DNA of 55,939 nucleotides, filler included, from Hypanus sabinus (GCF_030144855.1; 3 parts of 3 records of this genome joined end to end with filler, not necessarily neighbours in it), one strand, 5' to 3'; positions 1-12,263 are shown, counted from the whole stretch's first letter. The notes: generated by a model from the letters alone, not told the origin. Program-made: numbers and translations.

Positions 1-1369
1 GAGACCTAACTTGTTCAACCTTTCTCTGTAACTTAAGTGCTGAAACCCAGGTAACATCCTAGTAAATCTCTGATTAATTACCAGATCAAAATCAGTGTCT
101 CCCCTAAGTATGTTTGTTCATCAACTGCTTACACTGTCGTTCAAATCCGACTGTACTACCAGCTGCGCTCTTCTTTCGGCATTTTAATTTTAATGCCGCA
201 CTATGTATGATGCGCAGGATGTGACGCAGCCGTCAACGGGCCAGTAGCATAACAGTAATCTAAACAGACAACGCAAAGTCCTTCTCCTGAATGCTAGCAT
301 TGTGCTACACATGATTCCAAAGCCTGCCGCTTTGGAATCTCGGAAAGATTCTGGTTTGTGGGACAGATTGCTTCCTACTTATTCTGCAGTTGATCCCAAG
401 TATGTCAAAACAGCACAGAACCACGGTAAAGAGTTGTGTTCTTGGTGAACTTAGGTAGTGCGACAATGGCTGTGGTTCGGCTTGGTAGAAGCGCGAAGAT
501 TCGAAACGTCCTTCCGATCTCATGTCCCGAAACTCCAGATCACACCACCAAAGACCAAGCTCCAGCGGGCGGCCGTCCCTCTGTGTTTAGTCATGGGGAA
601 TGATACGTCCTCTCCGGTGGACGGGATTAAACTCGGGTAGAGGGCATTTGTAATTTTCTCTGACGTACCTTTAGAGGGTTGACGTCTGGATCCTAAGCGC
701 TGATCAATTCGAGTGAGCTGTCCGATTTCGGATGTAATTTTTCATTCTGAACTGATATTGTCTCATTGCGCTGATCATTGCTACGGCGTTTTTAACAGAG
801 ATAAATATCACAATAAATAAAGGAAGAGATGGACAGATGAGCCATTTACGAGCAGGGAGAAACTCAGGGAGAACTACAGTCCGGGAGAATGAGATACAGA
901 GAGACGGAAGGATGGAAGGAGAGAGGGAGAGCGAAAGAGTGAAAGATAAGGAAGAAGAAAATGCAATCGTTACGCATCTATCGGTGAGAAAGCGATGTAG
1001 AAAGTCATGAAGGGACAATGACGATTCGAGTGAGTATTCCTGACGCATGCCTCGATACAGATTGGGTAAACGAAGCCGGGGGCGTGGATTTCGGTGTTGC
1101 CAATGACCATTTACGACTGAATTACAAAGATGCATATACAGCTAAAAAAAAAACAAAGAGATAGATCGATGAGAAAGTTACGAGCAGTGAGAGAAACAGC
1201 GGGAACTACAGTCAGGAAGGGAGACAGAGAGAGAGATAGAGAGAGAGAGAGAAAGAGGGAGAGGGGAGAGAGAGAGAGAGAGGGAGACCGATACGGAAGA
1301 AGAGAATGCACCGAGGCAATCACCACTTGTCTACCGTTGTGAACGGATTATGGTATATCTCCAGGGAAG

Positions 1370-1613
1370 ATGTTGCTGTCTCTCCAACTGATCGTCTCCT
1401 TCCAGTGTGAGGGAAATTTGCTGCCTAGGGTGATCCTCAACTCCTTTCGTCCTGTGCCTTTTCTATCTCATAATGCGCTTTTCTCCGCACATTTCCATCC
1501 TCACTATGATCTTTCTCCATATCGACCGCCGCACGAAAATATCCCAAATTCAATCCTCCCTCTTCTATACACGGCCGTTCTCGCCATCCGCATACTTCTG
1601 TGCCTGGCGTGAT
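1370..1613 (+). pseudogene. TRBV: TCR beta V remnant: intact leader exon, V exon almost entirely deleted
   Basis: The leader is 1370-1406 (MLLSLQLIVSFQ, 37 nt, phase-1 donor GTGAGG). A pyrimidine-rich intron ends ...CCATCCGCA with no AG and runs straight into TAC TTC TGT GCC TGG CGT GAT (YFCAWRD) and an RSS. Confidence 0.85.
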
Positions 1614-1652
1614 CACAGCGACTGGGTCAGACGGAGGAGCTGAACAAAAACC
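1614..1652 (+). other. 23-RSS
   Basis: CACAGCG, 23-nt spacer, then ACAAAAACC (consensus nonamer). Confidence 0.93.
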
Positions 1653-1899
1653 TCACCGGCTTGATGTCAGTCTGAGCCTGGGTGTGAACATGTCCGACAG
1701 GTTATGAATTGATCTCTGCGAACAAGCTTTTCACCGAACAACTGCACAGGGAATTCTCTGGTGCCCAGCACTGTAATTCCGATTCCCTGTCACCTTCCGA
1801 AGTATCGGTCCATGACGACCTCGTGTCAAGAAGAGGCCACCCTCAAGGTAGAGGAACAACCTGTTATATTCCATTTGGGTACCCTCCAACCTGATGGCG

Positions 1900-2170
1900 T
1901 GTATTACTTTTAGCTTTTTCTTCTTCCAGCCTGAATATACCTTCCCCCTTTGCCCTCTCCTCCTTCCCCTTCACCTGTTTTCCGTCTCCTCTCCTATCAT
2001 ATTCTTCCCACTCCAGCCCTTGACCTTTTCCTTCCACCTGACTTCACCTATCACATTCCAGCTGGCCTTTTAGCCATCCCGCAGCTTTGAGTTCAGGCAT
2101 CGTCCCCCTCCCCCCGTTCCACGTTTCAATCGCAGTCCTGATGAAGGGTCTCGGTCTGAAAAGTCCAAGG
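1900..2170 (+). mobile_element. Short Penelope-type repeat fragment ending in a hammerhead-like motif
   Basis: A pyrimidine-rich body ends in AGTC-CTGATGA-AGGGTCTCGGTCT-GAAA-AGTC (2134-2165). Related ends occur at about 6578, 14338, 18116(-), 23744(-) and 52281(-). Confidence 0.55.
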
Positions 2171-3885
2171 TCAAGAGAGCTGGAGCGCGAGTCTCCGACC
2201 ACGGAAAAACCTTCCATCTATTCCCCAAGAGGTGCAGAACGGGATTTTCGCCACTTGGGGGCAGCAGCACACCTGTATATCGCTGCACATTGTCCGACTC
2301 GAACGACACACAACAACGCGCAGAAGTTATACCGGTGCCTCTGTAAAAGTTTGCTCTACGGATGCACCTGTAGCAATGCTAATATCTCGCACATGCATCT
2401 ATGTCCTGTATAGTTATGTACTTGATGGGGGAAACATCCGTTTTGTGACTTCCTGCCCTCGATAAAATGCCCACTCACAGTATGTTGGTTGTCCTCTGCT
2501 TCAAGGGTCAAAATATCGTGCATTCAGAGATGCTCCTCTCCACACCACTGTTGTAACACGTGGTTACTTGAATTACTGCCGCCTTCCTCACCGCTTGTCA
2601 GAGTCTGGCCGTTCTCCTCTGACCTCGGCCATCAACAGGCCGTTTTCTCCCACATAATTACCACAGCATTTTTTCTCGCCATTCTCTGTAAACACGAGAG
2701 AGTGTTGTGTGTGAATATCCCAGGATATCAGTAGTTTCTGAGGTAGGCATCCTCTCCCGGATTGGCACCAATAAATTCTACAGTCAAAGTAAATTAGATC
2801 ACATTTCTTCCCTATTCTGATGTTTGGACTGAAAAGCAATGGAACCTCTTGACCATTTATACATATTCTTATGCATTGACTTGCTGCAACACGGTTGGCT
2901 GATGAGGCATTTGCATTAACGAGTGGTTGTGGAGCAGTTTAATAAAGTGGCTGCGTATCGAATTAAAACGAGGACAAATGGGAGTGTAAGTTTGAAAGCG
3001 CCAGAATGATTGACGGCGTCCTTGATTTTAAGAGCAGGTTGTCAACGGAGAGAGCGAGATGTCTGTGTAGTCAGTGCGTAGCTGTAGCTGATAATGAGGC
3101 CACTGAGTTTATGTTGTTTGTCTTTATTATCTCCTCTGCAGACCTTCGCTGCTCCTTCTCACCTTTCACAGTATTCCGTCTGGAGGAGAGATTGCCCGAC
3201 CCGAGGCAGCAGCATATTGAGCTGCTACTGATTTTCGCTTCTGTTCCTAGCAGGAGACAAACGACTTTCTGTGGTGGCCCTAACACAACCACTTCTGCGT
3301 CTACTCGCCACGAAATTCCCTGTGACTTTCACGCGCTTTCAGTCTGCGTGTCCAGAGTCAGTGAATGAGTAGACACACACAAATGCATTACGGATAATTC
3401 NNNNNNNNNNNNNNNNNNNNNNNNNNNNNNNNNNNNNNNNNNNNNNNNNNNNNNNNNNNNNNNNNNNNNNNNNNNNNNNNNNNNNNNNNNNNNNNNNNNN
3501 NNNNNNNNNNNNNNNNNNNNNNNNNNNNNNNNNNNNNNNNNNNNNNNNNNNNNNNNNNNNNNNNNNNNNNNNNNNNNNNNNNNNNNNNNNNNNNNNNNNN
3601 NNNNNNNNNNNNNNNNNNNNNNNNNNNNTAGCGCACTCGAACCGGCTCAGAAATAGCCAGCGCATCGGCATAAAGGCCAGTCCCAAAAAGGCGCCAGGTC
3701 TGCTTCACCAACAAAGGCAGATGCCTGCGCGGGACTGTGAATACGTGTCCCCTACAACATCCGCGCCCAAGGAGTGCGGGATCAGGGAGGCTTTAAAGCG
3801 AGGCAGCGAAGTTCGAATAAAATCTTTTCTAACTGCAGTTTACCGACTACGTGTCGTTAATTTAGCGCTGCGTGTAGCACAACGC

Positions 3886-3943
<58 letters not shown>

Positions 3944-4002
3944 AGGAAATAATGAGAAACGGGAAACCCACAACTGTTTTTACTGATGGTAGTTCATAAA
4001 TA

Positions 4003-4500
4003 ACCATATAACCATATAACAATCACAGCACGGAAACAGGCCATCTCGGCCCTCCTAGTCCGTGCCGATCTCTTAATCTCACCTAGTCCCACCGACCCGC
4101 ACTCAGCCCATAACCCTCCACTCTTTTCCTGTCCATATACCTGTCCAATTTTACCTTAAGTGACACAACTGAACTGGCCTCTACTACTTCTACAGGAAGC
4201 TAATTCCACACAGCTATCACTCTCTGCGTAAAGAAATACCCTCTCGTGTTTCCCTTAAACTTCTGCCCACTATCTCTCAAATCATGTCCTCTCGTTTGAA
4301 TCTCCCCTACTCTAAATGGAAACAGCCTATTCACGTCAACTCTGTCTATCCCTCTCAAAATTTTAAATACCTCGATCAAATCCCCCCTCAACCTTCTACG
4401 CTCCAATGAACAGAGACCTAACTTGTTCAACCTTTCTCTGTAACTTAAGTGCTGAAACCCAGGTAACATCCTATTAAATCGAAGCACAGGTAACATCCTA
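4003..4500 (-). mobile_element. CR1-clade LINE 3' fragment
   Basis: The ORF at 4200-4496 (YRERLNKLGLCSLERRRLRGDLIEVFKIL...FTQRVIAVWN) is the CR1 ORF2 C-terminus, with a short tandem-repeat tail at about 4003-4022. Confidence 0.9.
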
Positions 4501-5802
4501 GTAAATCTCTGATTAATTACCAGATCAAAATCAGTGTCTCCCCTAAGTATGTTTGTTCATCACCTGCTTACACAGTCGTTCAAATCCGACTGTACTACCA
4601 GCTGCGCTCTTCTTTCGGCATTTTAATTTTAATGCCGCACTATGTATGATGCGCAGGATGTGACGCAGCCGTCAACGGGCCAGTAGCATAACAGAAATCT
4701 AAACAGACAACGCCAAGTCCTTCTCCTGAATGCTAGCATTGTGCTACACATGATTCCAATGCGGCAGGAGTCTCTCTCGGAAAGATTCTGGTTTGTGGGA
4801 CAGATTGCTTCCTACCTGTTCTGCAGTTGGTCCCAAGTATGTCAAAACAGCACAGAACCACGGTAAAGAGTGGTGTTCTTGGTGAACTTAGGTAGTGCGA
4901 CAATGGCTGTGGTTCGGCTTGGTGGAAGCTCGAAGATTCGAAACGTCCTTCCGATCTCATGTCCCGAAACTCCCAGATCACACCACCAAAGACCAAGCTC
5001 CAGCGGGCGGCCGTCCCTCTGTGTTTAGTCATGGGAATGATACGTCCTCTCCGGTGGACGGGATTAAACTCGGTAGAGGGCATTTGTAATTTTCTCTGAC
5101 GTACCTTTAGAGGGTTGACGTCTGGATCCTAAGCGCTGATCAAATTCGAGTGAGCTGTCCGATTTCGGGTGTATTTTTTCATTCTGAACTGATATTGTCT
5201 CATTGCGCTGATCATTGCTACGCCGTTTTTAACAGAGATAAATATCACAATAAATAAATGAAGAGATGGACAGATGAGCTATTTACGAGCAGGGAGAAAC
5301 TCAGGGAGAACTACAGTCCGGGCGAAAGAGATACAGAGAGACGGAAGGATGGAAGGAGAGAGGGAGAGCGAAAGAGTGAAAGATAAGGAAGAAGAAAATG
5401 CAATCGTTACGCATCTATCGGTGAGAAAGCGATGTAGAAAGTCATGAAGGGACAATGACGATTCGAGTGAGTATTCCTGACGCATGCCTCGATACAGATT
5501 GGTTAAACGAAGCAGGGGGCGTGGATTTCAGTGTTGCCAATGACCATTTACGACTGAATTACAAAGATGCATATCCAGCTAAAAAAAAAACAAAGAGATA
5601 GATCAATGAGAAAATTACGAGCAGTGAGAGAAACAGCGGGAACTACAGTCAGGAAGGGAGACAGAGAGAGAGATAGAGAGAGAGAGAGAGAGGGAGGGGA
5701 GAGAGAGAGAGAGAGGGAGACCGATACGGAAGAAGAGAATGCACCGAGGCAATCACCACTTGTCTACCGTTGTGAACGGATTGTGGTAAGTCTCCAGGGA
5801 AG

Positions 5803-6057
5803 ATGTTGCTGTCTCTCCAACTGATCGTCTCCTTCCAGTGTGAGGGAAATTTGCTAATATTCCTCTCTTTTCCCTAGGGTGATCCTCAACTCGTCCTGTC
5901 CCTTTTCTGTCTCATTATGCGCTTTTCTCCGCACATTTCCATCCTCACTCTGATCTTTCTCCATACCGACTGCCGACCGAAAATATCCCAAATTCAATCC
6001 TCCCTCTTCTATACACGGCCGTTCGCGCCATCCGCATACTTCTGTGCCTGGCGTGAT
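5803..6057 (+). pseudogene. TRBV: TCR beta V remnant (duplicate of 1370-1613)
   Basis: Leader at 5803-5839 with donor GTGAGG, and the same ...CCATCCGCA|TACTTCTGTGCCTGGCGTGAT junction. Confidence 0.85.
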
Positions 6058-6096
6058 CACAGCGACTGGGTCAGACGGAGGAGCTGAACAAAAACC
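6058..6096 (+). other. 23-RSS
   Basis: CACAGCG-N23-ACAAAAACC, identical to 1614-1652. Confidence 0.93.
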
Positions 6097-8378
6097 TCAC
6101 CGGCTTGATGTCAGTCTAAGCCTGGGTGTGAACATCTCCGACAGGTTATGAATTGATCTCTGCGAACAAGCTTTTCACCGAATAACTGCACAGGGAATTC
6201 TCTGGTGCCCAACACTGTAATTCCGATTCCCTGTCACCTTCCGAAGTATCGGTCCATGACGACCTCGTGTCAAGAAGAGGCCACCCTCAAGGTAGTGGAA
6301 CAACCTGTTATATTCCATTTGGGTACCCTCCAACCTGATGGCGTGTATTACTGTTAGCTTTTTCTTCTTCCAGCCTGAATATACCTTCCCCCTTTGTCCT
6401 CTCCTCCTTCCCCTTCACCTGTTTTCCGTCTCCTCTCCTATCATATTCTTCCCACTCCAGCCCTTGATCTTTTCCTTCCACCTGACTTCACCTATCACAT
6501 TCCAGCTGGCCTTTTACCCCTCCCGCAGCTTTGAATTCAGGCAACGTCCCCCTCCCCCCGTTCCACGTTTCAATCGCAGTCCTGATGAAGGGTCTCGGTC
6601 TGAAAAGTCCAAGGTCAAGAGAGCTGGAGCCCGAGTCTCCGACCACGGAAAAACCTTCCATCTATTCCCCAAGAGGTGCAGAACGGGATTTTCGCCACTT
6701 GGGGGCAGCAGCACACCTGTATATCGCTGCACATTGTCCGACTCGACCGACACACAACAACGCGCAGAAGTTATACCGGTGCCTCTGTAAAAGTTTGCTC
6801 TAGGATGCACCTGTAGCAATGCTAATATCTCGCACATGCATCTATGTCCTGTATAGTTATGTACTTGATGGGGGAAACATCCGTTTTGTGACTTCCTGCC
6901 CTCGATAAAATGCCCACTCACAGTATGTTGGTTGTCCTCTGCTTCAAGGGTCAACATATCGTGCATTCAGAGATGCTCCTCTCCACACCACTGTTGTAAC
7001 ACGTGGTTACTTGAATTACTGCCGCCTTCCTCACCGCTTGTCAGAGTCTGGCCGTTCTCCTCTGACCTCGGCCATGAACAGGCCGTTTTCTCCCACATAA
7101 TTACCACAGCATTTTTTCTCGCCATTCTCTGTAAATACGAGAGAGTGTTGTGTGTGAATATCCCAGGATATCAGTAGTTTCTGAGGTAGGCATCCTCTCC
7201 CGGATTGGCACCAATAAATTCTACAGTCAAAGTAAATTAGATCACATTTCGTCCCTATTCTGGACTGAACAGCAATGGAACCTCTTGACCATTTATACAT
7301 GTTCTTATGCATTGACTTGCTGCAACACGATTGGCTGATGAGACATTTGCATTAACGAGAGGTTGTGGAGCAGTTTAATAAAGTGGCTACGTATCGAATT
7401 AAAACGTGGACAAATGGGAGTGTAAGTTTGAAAGCGCCAGAATGATTGACGGCGTCCTTTATTTTAAGAGCAGGTTGTCAACGGAGAGAGCGGGATGTCT
7501 GTGTAGTCAGTGCGTAGCTGTAGCTGATAATGAGGCCACTAAGTTTATGTTGTGTTGTCTTTATTATCACCTCTGCAAACCTTCGCTGCTCCTTCTCAAC
7601 TTTCATAGTATTCCGTCTAGAGGAGAGATTGCCGATGTCCAAGGCAGGAGCATATTGGGCTGCTACTAATCTTTCGCTTCTGTTCCTACCAGGAGACAAG
7701 CGACGTTCTGTGTTTGCCGTATAACCACAACTTCTGCATCTACTCGCCACGAAATTCCCTGTGCATTTCACGCGCTTTCTGTCTGTGGGTCCAGAGTCAG
7801 TGAATCAGTGGACACACACAAATACATTACGGATAATTNNNNNNNNNNNNNNNNNNNNNNNNNNNNNNNNNNNNNNNNNNNNNNNNNNNNNNNNNNNNNN
7901 NNNNNNNNNNNNNNNNNNNNNNNNNNNNNNNNNNNNNNNNNNNNNNNNNNNNNNNNNNNNNNNNNNNNNNNNNNNNNNNNNNTACATAAGCAGCAAGTTT
8001 GTAGTTCCTTCATTCCAAGAAGCGATGAACCCAACCCTGGCTCAGAAGTATTGTTAGTTTTTTTTCTAACCAGGAACAGCAAGGAGTTTTCCCATAGCTG
8101 ATGCATCTCCACAGCTTCTTCATTCACCCACCACGAAATCCCTGTGGAGTTCACGCGCTTTCAGCATCTGAGTCAGTGACCGGTGAAACATTCAGAAGCA
8201 TTTCGAATAATTCAGGAAGATCCGTAGATAGATAGATAGATACTTCGATTTGTGTGTGTGTGTCTAGTCCTGTAGTTATGTTTCCTTAATGAAGCGACAT
8301 TGCGGAAACTGCGACCTCCACTCTCCTCCGGCTTTCTACTGACGACGAAAGAAAAATGTACTGCCTACTAATTACACA

Positions 8379-8396
8379 GGAAGTGACAGACGTCAT
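8379..8396 (+). promoter_or_regulatory. ETS + CRE-like element upstream of the V leader
   Basis: GGAAGTGACAGACGTCAT lies about 110 nt 5' of the leader ATG; CRE-like motifs are established in mammalian V-beta promoters. Confidence 0.45.
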
Positions 8397-8503
8397 AGGG
8401 CTAATAAGCACCAGCAATTATATCGAGCAACGCAGTATACTTCTTCTGAAAGCGGGTCTTGATCGACACTCCACCCCAAAGCCCGCCAGCGACTATTCTG
8501 CAA

Positions 8504-8949
8504 ATGATGATGCGGGGAACATATTGTCTTCCGCTGATCCTGGCATTGATCCCGCGTAAGTCAGAATACCAATTTTTTGGAAGGTAACACAGGTTCAGAG
8601 AACGGCCCCCCATCTCTGAGAGAAATTAGTCTCTAATGGAATTTATCTCTTACAGGGATGCTGGCCGTGTACGTGGAGCAGTTTCCCCCTTCCCTGTCAG
8701 TTGGATTGGGAGAGTCAAGCACCGTCCAATGCAAGCTGCTGAATTCGGGCTATGCTTATATGTATTGGTACAGACAGCGACCGGACGGGGCAATAGAAGC
8801 TCTTTTCTCTTCTACTGGGAAAGATATAGTCACCAGTTACACGTCGGAATCCTACGCGGCAACAAGACCCAGCAGCACTTTCTTTCAGCTGGAACTAAAG
8901 AATGCCTCGCACTCTCACTCGGCCGTCTATTTCTGCGCCTGCAGTAGCG
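8504..8949 (+). CDS. TRBV: T-cell receptor beta variable segment, apparently functional (L exon 8504-8555, V exon 8656-8949)
   Basis: The leader MMMRGTYCLPLILALIP and a 100-nt GTAAGT...TACAG intron splice in frame to (R)MLAVYVEQFPP...VQCKL...YMYWYRQ...YAATRPSS...SAVYFCACSS. Both Cys and the Trp are present and there are no stops. Confidence 0.92.
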
Positions 8950-8988
8950 CACAGAGGTTGAGAAGCCGAGCCGCCTCTGACAAAAACT
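8950..8988 (+). other. 23-RSS
   Basis: CACAGAG-N23-ACAAAAACT. Confidence 0.93.
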
Positions 8989-9627
8989 GTTCTGCACAAT
9001 CGGTAAAGGCTCAGAACCCGCTGTCTCCCACCACTAGGGGTCGCTGCACAATTAACTTCAATATCCAAGCATCGGCCAGTTTGACATTCCAATTGGCTTT
9101 TGTTTCTTCCCATCCGCACAACCCAAAACCGAATAACAGGAAATCAGATCAGGAGAAAAAGGCAAAGATGCCTCAAGTATTTCAGAAACACTTCACAAAA
9201 ATACAGAAAGCGCCTCCAATTTCTCACTGATCTGAGGACTTCTGATCTTTCAGCCACAGCAACATTTATAACTAAAGTGATTAAATTATTTGCAGCGATG
9301 GCGTTCAAAATATTGCTGATACTTACTGTGCTTCTGGCAATAGTAAAAACAAGCTATTTAGTATTTCTCTAAAATATTTAGTAGCTTAATAATTAGTTTA
9401 AACGCTCCTGATCTGCTCCAGAAAACCTGCCAGGAAGGGGATGTGTTTATCGTCGCGCAACGATGCAGCTCGTCCCGTTTATACAGATTGGACCTTCCCC
9501 GGAACAGATACCAGTGAGATCTCAACCGATAAACGGAAAGCAGAATTATATTTAGATAAATGATTGGGAGGGAGATCGGTCGATTCATACAGACATGCAT
9601 ACATAGAAGGTTTTTCCTAAAGTGGCC

Positions 9628-10560
9628 GGAGTCTCTCTCGGATCGGTGCTGGCTTGTAGGACACATTGCATCCGACTTATTCTGCCGTTGATCCCAAGTA
9701 TGTCACAGCAGCACAGTATCATTGCTAGGGGTGTGGTCTTGGTGGACTCACGTAGTGCGACACTGGCTATTGTTTTGCTTGGTCGAGGGTTGAAAATTCG
9801 AAACGTCCTTCCGAACTCATGTCGCTGAACTCCCAGATCAGACCACCAATGACCAAGCACCAGTGGACGGCCGTCCTTCTCCCCTTTGTGTTTAGTCATG
9901 GAAATGACACTTCCTCACCAGCGGACGGGATTAAACTTGCTAGAGGGTATTTGTATTTTCATCCGCTGTACCGTTAGGAGTTTGAAGTCCGGATCGTAAA
10001 CGCTGATCAGGTTCGAGTCAGCAGTCCGATATTCCGGTGTAATTTTCATTCTGATCTGAGCTTGGCTCATTTGGCCGAAGGCGCTGTTCATCGCTGTGCC
10101 GTTTTTCACAGAGATACATATCAAAACAAATAGACGAAGAGATAGTCAGATGAGCGAGTTACGAGCAGGGAGAAACTCAGGAACAACTGCAGTCCGGGAG
10201 AAAGAGAAACAGAAAGACGGAAGGATGGAAGGAGAGAGGGAGAGCGAAATAGTGAAGGATAAGGAAGAAGATAATGCAATCGTTACGCGTCTATCGGGGA
10301 GAAAGCAATGTATAATGTCATGAGGGACAATGACGATTCGACAGTATATTACTGACGCATACCTCGATTCAGATTGGTTAAATGAAGCAGGGGGTGTGGC
10401 CTTCGGTGTCACCAATGGCCATTTGCGACGCTGAATTACAAAGTTAGATATCCAGATAAACCAATAAAGAGATACACCGGTGAGAAAGTTTTGAGCAGTT
10501 AGAGAATCAGCAGGAACAAAAGTCAGGGAGCTGGAGAGAGAGGCAGATAGAGCGAGAGAG
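9628..10560 (+). repeat. Third, more diverged partial copy of the 4.4-kb unit
   Basis: Colinear with about 4767-5700 (shared GGAGTCTCTCTCGGA, TTCGAAACGTCCTTCCGA, AATGCAATCGTTACGC) but with many more substitutions. Confidence 0.85.
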
Positions 10561-12212
10561 AGTGGGGGGGGGGAGAGAGAAAAACAAGAGGGGGAGAGAG
10601 AGAGAGAGAGATAAGGAGTGCGAGCCCCTGGCCAACAGCGTGAAAACTGCACTCTGCTCCCTCTGTACCAATAATCACTCAGACCACTTTTATTCGAATT
10701 GATAACAACAAAATAGGCGATATCCTTTCTTCGCACAACGCCAAGCACATGGAGCCTACATCTGCCTGACTCTACTGTCTGTGTCCCATTCGGTCTCAAC
10801 ATTTTCTTCCATATTTAAATNNNNNNNNNNNNNNNNNNNNNNNNNNNNNNNNNNNNNNNNNNNNNNNNNNNNNNNNNNNNNNNNNNNNNNNNNNNNNNNN
10901 NNNNNNNNNNNNNNNNNNNNNNNNNNNNNNNNNNNNNNNNNNNNNNNNNNNNNNNNNNNNNNNNNNNNNNNNNNNNNNNNNNNNNNNNNNNNNNNNNNNN
11001 NNNNNNNNNNNNNNNCAGGGTGGGGGAGGGAGAATCGGGGGGAAGGGAGAAAGTGAGAGAGCGAGAGAGAGAGAGAGAGAGCGCGAGAGAGAGAGGAGAG
11101 TGAGAGATGGAAAAAGAGAGTGGTGGGGAGAAAGATGATCAAGCTCTTGAGGGAACAGTTCAAAGGAGAGAGTTAACGATTCAATGGGGAACTGAGTTGA
11201 AACATCTTTATCCAGACGGTGGACTTATATCATAAATGAGCTACGAGAAGAGGTCATTTAGGGAGGTAGACTAACACCGCACAAAATACATTTTTCCGGG
11301 GCACGTACAGAAAGATTTTCGAGGGAAGTTGCCAGTGTTTTTTCTGACCCCAGAAGTGTGTGATGGAACCGTGTAGAAATAGATTAACATTGCGGCAGTG
11401 TGTGCAGGAACGGTGCGGAGGGAGTCAGACTGCGTGTCTGACGACCGGAGTGTGTGGATCACTGTCCTGGACTGAGACACCCTCTTTAATGTAATAAAAG
11501 TGTTTAGCGCAGAGGTACCGGGAGAATGGGGTAATGCTCTTCAACTTCTACTTCAGCACCTTTAGAAAGTCGATGCAAATCGGTTTTGTGCACAGACGCA
11601 GGCGCAGAGGCGAGTCGGACACAGGATTCGCATCAACAGGAACCGTAAACTTGACCCGCCTCCGCCCACGACCAGAACCCCTCTGTCTGTCCCCGTCCGA
11701 CCGTGTTAAATGATCAAAGATCAAAGCCAATGAATCGTCAGAGTATATGGACTGTGTCACCAGATCCACCTTGAGATTCATTTTATTGCGAATATTTACA
11801 GGAATGTAAAGCAACTACAGAACTTAGTAAGCAACAGTCTGTTTGCACAAGAGGACATCTACTTCAAAACACAGTGTAGTTAAATAAATAATACTGGGAG
11901 GATGAGTTGTCGAGAGGTTGAAAGTGTATCTATCGGGTGTAGATCCAATGCAGAATGGAAGTGAGTGAATACGGGACAAATGGGGTTAGCGTAGATCGCC
12001 ATGTTGGTCCGGGTGTACCGTTTGAGTCGACCGGCCTGTTGCGCAACTCATGGATTCTCGGGGATGTTCGTGGATGTTCATCCATAGCTGCCACTCCGCA
12101 GCCAACGACGCAATTTGCACGGAACCGGGGCAGGAACTCAGCGATGTCACTGGACATCGGGAGTCATGACACCCAACAAGAGAAAATCGAAGTATCACCC
12201 CCACCCCCCCCC

Positions 12213-12215
<3 letters not shown>

Positions 12216-12263
<48 letters not shown>

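Larger units (their letters stand above)
1..7838 (+). repeat. Tandem segmental duplication, unit about 4.4 kb (copy A 1-3400, copy B 4413-7838)
   Basis: Position 1 GAGACCTAACTTG recurs at 4413, and the two copies stay colinear and near-identical by eye up to the N runs at 3401 and 7839. Confidence 0.95.

Noticed and set aside
704-1342. Ser/Leu- or Arg/Glu-rich ORFs here and at 10146, 46768 and 54858
   Set aside because: They are translations of GA/CT low-complexity sequence and of V leader introns.
1593-1613. V-replacement or RAG footprint as the cause of the V-exon deletion
   Set aside because: The cryptic heptamer-like TTCTGTG is retained and the breakpoint lies 5' of it, which does not match a RAG cut.
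9609-9720. RSS-like CACCGAT-N24-GGAAAAACC and YCAA codons on minus in the third cassette copy
   Set aside because: The spacer is 24 nt, the heptamer is poor, YCAA lies about 58 nt from it, and copies A and B lack the nonamer.
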